This document shows positions 55,891 to 64,000 of a stretch of 64,000 bases of DNA, piece by piece; positions within the stretch are counted from its first letter, which is position 1, and every line of letters starts with the position of its first letter. Made by a program: the position numbers and the translations under genes. The notes under the pieces are model-generated. The model saw nothing but the letters and a program-made list of their open reading frames with translations. It ran no database searches and was not told the DNA's origin. Source of the DNA: Chrysomallon squamiferum (taxonomy: Eukaryota; Animalia; Mollusca). Location of the stretch: positions 17,298,001 to 17,362,000 of the forward strand of contig CM022670.1 of the NCBI GenBank assembly GCA_012295275.1. The letters are read 5' to 3'.

Positions 55891-56252
55891 AAAAATAAAT
55901 GTGATCTGAGAACTAATATAGCAAATAAAACAGACACCCCTCTGATTGACTGTATGCTCAGACTCATTGTACATCCTGTTTTACTATTAACTTCAGTGTC
56001 GCACTGGGCCTGTTTCACTGTGTTAGTTTTAATAGTCATTTTTCAATTCAGTTTGTCCACAGTGTGAACACTGTGGAGTTTATTTGTACAGCATATTGTT
56101 TAGTCACTGAAAATTAGTGAAAAACCAAATGTGAATGTGTGAACTTTTATTTAAATTATAATAAATTCATAACAAAATCACTTCTACAAAAGTTACTTAA
56201 ATTTTATTTTCACAGAATAAAACACATTCTACAACTTTTGTTTTTGTCTTTG

Positions 56253-56289
<37 letters not shown>

Positions 56290-57104
56290 GTAAAAGTGTA
56301 AATAAATAAATAAAAATAATAAATATGTATGTATGTATTGTCAATTATTATTTATAATATTTGTTTAATATTGAGAGATGTAGCTTATGATCAAAGTTTT
56401 AAAACTTTTTAGCCATTGTTCTCCCCTCAAGGCATTACATAAGGCACCTGATGGTACTGAAATATAACTTTTATGAGTAGCCAGGGGGTGGAGGAAAAGG
56501 TGGAGGATTTACCAAAGGATGGTAAATTAGTCAAAGCAGAGAATTATCAGATTTAAGCTGTGATTTATCACATGCCTCAAGCTCTCTCGAAGTTGAGTAG
56601 CAAAGAAAAGTCAGTGGAGTGAAAAGACCTGGTAGGCAATTAGATGTCATGATCAACACAACAGTCCATCCTGTGTGCATGTCACAGAGCTCTGTTAGTT
56701 ACATCCTTCACAGTCTTCACTAGTATTAGTTAACATCAATATTTATTTATTTAGTTATTTTATTTTATTTTAATTTTTTTTTTTTTTTAATTTTATATAT
56801 TTATTTATTTAGTTATTTATTTAAATAATTTTTTTTTTTATGTTTATTTGTTTATTAATTATTTTTATTTATTTTGTTTTTTTATTCGTATTTATTTATT
56901 TGTTCATATTTTGGTATATTTTTGTATATTTGTTTATATATTTATATTTATATATTTAGTTATTTATTTCCATACTTAACAAGACAAAACTCAGAAGGCA
57001 GTAAGTATTTAATTTAGCTGTTAAAATCAAACTAGTAATCTTTCAAACTACATTTGTTAAGTATTTAGACAAGTATAAATTATATGAAATAACTGAATTA
57101 TGTA

Positions 57105-57109
<5 letters not shown>

Positions 57110-57146
<37 letters not shown>
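57110..57146. repeat. (CA)n microsatellite
   Basis: Perfect CA run. Confidence 0.95.
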
Positions 57147-57149
<3 letters not shown>

Positions 57150-58149
57150 AGAGGTCTGGAGGTAACAGCAGTACTTAAAACATAAAATATAAAATATGTA
57201 TTGAATGCTGTCAAATATTTTCAGCCAACTTAACAGTTCCTTTCTTTTGAAAAATATGAATCTTGTTAAAATAAGAATACTATAAATTAAAATCTTCTGT
57301 GCTAAAAAGTGAAAAGGATTCAATGAATGTGACTGCCAATAAGCTGATATGGTGGTTATGGAAACAAAACAAAAAAAACTCAAAACAAGTAAAGTAATAA
57401 AACTGTTATAAAAAAGAAAAAAATAAAATAAAAAGACCACTGCAAAGAACAAGTACAGCATGTAGGCTACCTCAGAACAAAACAAAAAACAATTTTCTGT
57501 TTCTATTCTGGTCAAATTAGAAGCTTAATAATGTATTTTACACATTGAGTTAGGTGATTCAGTATAGAAGTCCTTTCATTCTTGAAACATAAATGTACAA
57601 ACAATTCACACCCCCAGCACACAAAAACACAAAGATATATAACAATTTTATTAGTACTCACAAATGTTAACAATCAAAACTCAGGAAAGATTAACTGTTA
57701 ACAAACACATTAGTGACAAAAGAAAAGCCACAGTGCAGTTAGAGTAAGCTAATGATAGATGTCATTTCAAAACACTTTCTCTCACATCAAGTTTTAATAC
57801 AAGCAAATTTCCTTGGTAGGCTTAGGAAGAACAATAAAGAAAGATTCCAACTAAAACATTAACAATAACCCTTCTTTAGAAAATGTACCTGTAAAGAGAC
57901 TTAGTTTGCTATTTAAAGTTACTTCAGATCATTAATTTGCTTTTGAATAAATATTTTTAAAAAATTAACATTTTCACAGCAGTATGAAATACTGAAAAAG
58001 ATTGATAAGAGCTTTTAATAAAATAAAAAAATCCCTCAAGCTGTATTCTTTTAATCTCCTCATGATAAGTCCCTGCATTCTATAACTGTTCTGCATACTA
58101 ATAATGGTAAGAGTTTATAAAATGATTATTGAAGCTATCTGTTTGTGAT

Positions 58150-58795
58150 ATACTCATTAAACAGTGAGAATTGATGTCTAATAAGAGAATGATATTCTGA
58201 TTACTGAATGCAAGGTTTCACTAAAGAATGATCCATGAGATCATCCCTGAAGCTACCTTCTACTACCATCTCTGTGAAAAATCCTGTATTCTGCAACTGT
58301 CCAAGGACAGTCAGTGACTAACAAGTGATTATCATTCTGGTGACAATTTCTAAATGTGAGTTATCACAAACATGTGAATACCTGAAGCTATTGTCAGGTC
58401 CTCTCATCATAAAAAGACATTGTATGCTAGATTTGTCAACAAAAACTAAACAAAGTCAAGTATTAAAATTACGTTCATTAACAAGGGAATAATATTCTGG
58501 TCATACTTTCTGAAGAATGTTGCATAAAGCTGTCTTCTTGTATCCTCCCTGTAAAATATCAGTGTAATCTGGAATTTTGTAATGAAAATCAAGTATTAAA
58601 ATTCTGGTCATACTTTCTGAATAATAATTTTCTCCAAATGATGATTCATGAAGCTATCTTCTTCCACCCTCCCTGCAAAAATCTGAGTGTTTTGGAATAG
58701 TTAAAAAAAAAAAAAAAAATCAAGTATTAAAATTCCATTAATTAAAGGAAATAATATTTTGGTGACAATTTCTGAATGCCAGTTTTCACTAACGG
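58150..58795. repeat. Old diverged tandem duplications
   Basis: tcaagtattaaaatt..., attctggtcatactttctgaa and gaagctatctt recur 3-4 times. Confidence 0.6.
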
Positions 58796-59255
58796 ATGAA
58801 ACCCAGTGAGGCGTTCCTGGTTGAGGACAGTGTTGGAGATTTCTGTCTATGCATGTCACGCTTGACAAATGGGCATGTAAAAGACACCTGTCAGAACAGC
58901 GTAGAAATGATAATTAATGAACTGTGATTAGCGACACAAAGAAGGAGAGCAATTGATAAACTATTAGACATTTATTAAAATCACACTTGTCATAAATCTG
59001 CTCTGTATACATCACCTGTACTACTTAATGTTATCTCGTGTATATTGATCTTCTTTTAATAAATACTTTGTCACAAACAACAAAGACAGCACACACAGGT
59101 ACACACACTGCACACCTGTTGTTTTTTTTCTGAGATTATTGTTACTTTTATTAGAAATTTTTTAAATGAAACAAGAAAAAAACCCATAACAAAACAAAAC
59201 AAAGGAAAAAAAAAAAAAAGAAAAGGAAGAAAATATAACTGATGATCCTATTTAA

Positions 59256-59306
<51 letters not shown>

Positions 59307-60714
59307 AAACAAAGAAGAAAAGAAAATAATTAATGATCATATTAAAAAATAAAAAAATAAATATTAGAAAATCTGTATATTGAATTTAATAATACCAAAG
59401 TTAATGAGAAATAAGTAGAAATGATTAATATGGGCTGATTTTGTTTGTAATGCACTCTATAATTGAAGATGTTGGTGATTTTGTGTCAGGAATCATACAG
59501 AAACAATCTGTTTACAGATTTTGCCACAGCAGTGATGAAGTTCAACACATCTGACTGAACACACAAGATATTTCAAAACATAACTAGCTTTATTTGTACA
59601 AAGAGGAATGGAAATAATGTTCTTTTTCTTTTTTCTAAAGCATTCTTTATCAGCAGTCAGGTAATATTGTAGATCCTCCTGGAATGGAAATACCCACCAC
59701 AAAGGATAAAAAAAAAAAAAGAAACAGAAGAAAAAAAAAAAAAGGCAAAGTGGGTTACAAATTACTGATAAGTGTGATTTTATTACAATCAATTTTTTTT
59801 TTAACAAACTGCTTTAATTTTTTTCGGTACTTTGCTTTTTCTGTTTAAATCAAGTGGAGCAAACTAAAATAAAATTTTATATTTTTTTCTTCAAATTTTT
59901 ATATATTATAAATTGATTTCTTAAAAATTAAATTAATAAATAATAATAATAAAAAAAGAGAATGAAAATGTACAATAATTAAGAAAGAAATTATTTTACA
60001 TTAATGCATTTTTATAACCTAATAAATAAAAAAAGCTTGCAATCATGGACTGTTATTATACATGTGAAAGTCTGTCTGAAATGAGACTTAATCTGTTGGC
60101 TTGAAAAAAGAAATCTGTTGCTAATCTCTGTGCAGTGAGTGACTGAGTTAATCCTGAGAAATCTCATCAATGAGATCAGCCAGTCGTCAGTGTTCTAGCC
60201 AAGTGTGCAGTTTAAATCAAGTTAACATGTCCGCTATCTGGCACATTTCCCACACCAGAAAGTACAATAAGACCCCTCCAAAAAAAATAAAAATAAAAAT
60301 AAAAATGAAAAATATATAATTTAAAAAAAAAATTTAAATTTAAAACAGAAATAATATTTTTTTTTTTTTTTAAATTTTATTTTCTTTACAAAATAATAAT
60401 AAAAAAAAAAAATAATGAAAAAAAAAAAAAAAAAGAAATGAACCAAGAAAATAAATGTAAAAAAAAAATAATTCATTTTCTTTTTTTCAAAACCAAGAGG
60501 TAAACATGAAAGAATTAATTATATTAAATATAAATTCAGTTTAATATTTTATGTTATTTAACAGTTTTATTATTATTATTATTATTATTGCATATATTCT
60601 CACTTTAAAAGGAATAATTTTAACATGTATAAAAATGTGTTTTATTATATGTAAATATTATCCAAATAGGCCAAAAAATATTTCAGAGCAGAATTCCATT
60701 TCTTTGTGTTCTTT

Positions 60715-61030
60715 CTGACAAATTAAAATTCAGAGACACATTTTAAAGTTCTTGTAGATATCAAAAAGTATATCAACTAAATCAAATTCAGATACACATT
60801 TTCAAATTCTCATGGACATATATACTGTTCTTTCAAAAGGACTATCTATTGGTCAGTATCAAATTCAGATACACATTTGGAAGTCTTGTCTACCTGTCAA
60901 GTATGAAAAATCAAATTCAGATTAACAGTTTCAAATTCTCATTGTCATCAATACTGTTTCTTTTAAAACTGTGTCTGCCGGTCAACATTAAATTCAGATA
61001 TACATTTTCAAGTTCTCATGGGCATCTCAG
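60715..61030. repeat. Diverged tandem repeat (aaattcagatacacatttt)
   Basis: Motif recurs at about 60726, 60784, 60861, 60913 and 60990. Confidence 0.7.
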
Positions 61031-61637
61031 CTTCAAAGTGTGTTGGTAAAGTGTGATTGATGGACATGCTAAGTTTAACAATTAATGTAACTGAGGAGAA
61101 GTGTTTGCTGAATTGTGCTGGTGACAGTGGTCACATTTGAAAAATGAACTGTCTCTCTGTGATGGATTATCCCTGCAGAAAAGGTAATGATCACAGCTAC
61201 ACTGTTCACAGAAGACATAATAATTACCATGTTTTCAATACTGTGCTGTTAGGGGTATAAGTAACACGTGGAAAAGGTTTTCATGAAGGGTACTGGACAG
61301 TGCTAATTTAGTGATGTGAAATTTCAAAATGCCTGGGATAAAGAAACAGCTTGACTAAATAAATAAATAAACAAATGATTGGATGGATTAATAGATGAAG
61401 TGAACAAATAATGAATAAATGAATGAATGAATAAATAAATAAATAAATAAATGGAAATTAGAAAATAAGAGAATGTATTTGACTAAAAATCAAATATTTG
61501 TACAGTTAATATACAGTGTTTATTGTCCATGAGTGTAAGTGTGTTTATATATACACAAACATTATTTTTCATCCATTTGGCCACTATTGAATTATATCCA
61601 TTTCTCTTAATCCATCCTCCTTTAAAATATATAAAAA

Positions 61638-61675
<38 letters not shown>

Positions 61676-62596
61676 GTTTTTTAAATTAAAAAAATATATC
61701 TGTAACATATTTCACTCCATTTGTTCCTAATTTAAGTTTTTTTTTGAACCTGCTTTTATCTGCTAACGGAAAATCAGTCTTTTATTACAGGAAATAAAAC
61801 AGCAGAGAAGATAAAATTCATTAGCTCTAGAGGTCCTCTGAGTAAATGAAGAAATCTTATTAGATTGTCATATCTCAGGAGGGCTGTAAAAGTGATCTCT
61901 GCAGGAAATTGGGTACAGCCTGTTAGAACAAGGGTCTGGATGCCCCCTGTGGTCTTAACAAGATATGATCTTAATTACACACAACAGTTTTCTCAGACAG
62001 CACTCCGTTATTTGACTGTTAAAGTAGGACAAAAAATAGAGTAAAATGTCATCAGGCAGATAATATCGACTGACAGAATCAGAATGGTGTGTAAATCTAC
62101 ATCTTAATAGTCCTTTCTTGGCTAAATAAAAATTATTCATGGGAGAAACTACTGAGATAATATAAATGTGGTTTCTATTAAAAAAACGTGCATATCTAAC
62201 ATGCTATGTAAAGATATCATTTACTTATCAACCTACATATGCAACAATATGCCAGACTATTGATAATAAACAAAATATATACACTTGATTTCAAAGAAAA
62301 TGCATATCTAGGTTATTGTTTGTTATTATTATTATTATTATTATTTATATATATTTTTTTTTATTGCCACTTTTTATGTTGTTGTTGGGATAATACATAT
62401 TGTATTTAGTGCAGAAGAATTCTGTTAAATTATTTTACTCATCTACTTTCTTCTTTATTTACGTATATACATTTTTAATATTTGTTACTACTACAACTAC
62501 TAGTAATAAAATAAAAATAATGACAACAATAATGATAATAAAATTATAATAATAATAATATTTAAATAATAATAATTATTATATTAACAATAATAA

Positions 62597-62631
<35 letters not shown>

Positions 62632-63436
62632 ACAGTAATGCAAAAAAAAAAAAAAAAATAAAAACAGAAACAAAATTATTTCTCATTGTTTTGCTAATAT
62701 TAATTAAGTTACACACATCATTCAGAGCCGGCATTCTGAAAAACGGGACTACACGAGACACCATAAATTACAAGAACAATTCCTGTCACTGAATACACGT
62801 GTCTATGACTGAATGTGACAACTTGTTGAATGGCCGAGTCTTGTAGGTATTTGTTCTCACAGTAACAGAATAACCAGCCACTAAATCTACCTTGACGTGT
62901 GGTCTCAAAGTGTGAACAGTTGCAGACGAAAAGCCAGGCCTAGCAGTGTGTTAGAGATGAACTAGACCAGCTTCGACACACAAAACAAGTCCACGGAGAT
63001 GACAGGCTCTCAAAAGATAGAAGCAATCCCGTTGGAAAAATCAGAAAAAAATAATGTCAATAGGTGATTTATTGGCACACAATTTGGACTCGTCTGAAGA
63101 GAGCAAGGGCTATACAAGTGTTCTCGCAGACACGGCAAGTACCATTGCCATTTTAAAGAAGGTCAAATTTTTTGTGTGGCTCCTGGTTGACATGTCTAAT
63201 GAAATTATTTTTTGATACTCCAGTCATTATTTTTCACTAACACCACATGGGTCGGAGAAAGAAAGAGTTTTAAAAAGATGAAAAAATAAATAAAGTGGGA
63301 GACAGGGGATTTAAAAATCTCACTTGACAAATGTGAACAATTATTTTAAACGTCTGTGACAACTGATGACATTTGTGTTTAACCAGTGCATTGTAAAATT
63401 AAGTTGATTATTACTTGAACAGTGCATTTTAAAGCT

Positions 63437-63560
<124 letters not shown>

Positions 63561-64000
63561 TACAAAGAACATAAAATTTTAAAAAATGTTTAAAAAAATG
63601 AAAAAAATAATAATTCATGCTACTGAATAATTTCAGATTTCTGAGAAATGCGCATTCACTGCATCTTTAATGTCAATAAAATGGATACACAAAAATTCTG
63701 GCAAATTTAAGCTGATTAAACGTCAAATACAGAGAAGAAAAGTTCTTACACAAATTAGCAGTGATGGTGAAACCAGAAACTAGGATATTAGCCAACAAAA
63801 ATCATTTTAAGGCTTTTTAACCACTTGACTCAAAGTAAAAGAGAAAATCTTCATGAGGAATGCATGCTAGCAAAACAGCCTATTACAGGAGAGCAAGCCA
63901 ATTTCAGAATGCTGTTAATGAGACAGACAAACAGTAGCAGATCATTTCTTAATCTTTGTTAAAACACATTTCTGGACTCCAAGATGTGGCTGTACATAGT

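Noticed and set aside
56057-56078. Perfect palindrome tccacagtgt-ga-acactgtgga as a Helitron 3' end or terminator
   Set aside because: No CTRR terminus at the expected distance on either strand; isolated short palindrome.
61938-61956. CTCF-like motif (ccacagggggca on the minus strand)
   Set aside because: The 5' half mismatches the consensus, and one partial hit is expected by chance.

Overview
AT-rich, microsatellite-laden animal genomic DNA. The protocadherin type and a SINE-like tail suggest a lophotrochozoan, most likely a gastropod mollusc (inference). One clear protein-coding gene is present: a minus-strand, 7-EC delta-like protocadherin. Its CDS runs 36265->25191 in four coding exons (36265-33558, 32610-32443, 31990-31852, 25681-25191), about 1168 aa if repaired. 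The whole ectodomain and TM segment lie in one 2.8-kb exon. That exon has a single -1 frameshift in EC7 (about 34125), which as assembled truncates the protein at 714 aa before the TM helix. The cytoplasmic tail has both an RVxF (PP1) motif and a WIRS motif, and an in-frame cryptic donor could remove them together. The leader contains overlapping uORFs. At about 14.2-15.6 kb there is a compact, decayed cassette of two convergent intronless ORFs with back-to-back AATAAA signals and a TATA/Inr-like promoter. It looks like an endogenous DNA virus or Maverick/Polinton fragment, embedded in a composite repeat hotspot. The rest is gene-poor: tandem repeats (including a 119-bp higher-order repeat), old TE fragments and CpG-retaining islands. 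Nearly all short ORFs in the track are low-complexity artefacts. No rRNA, tRNA or CRISPR features were recognised.
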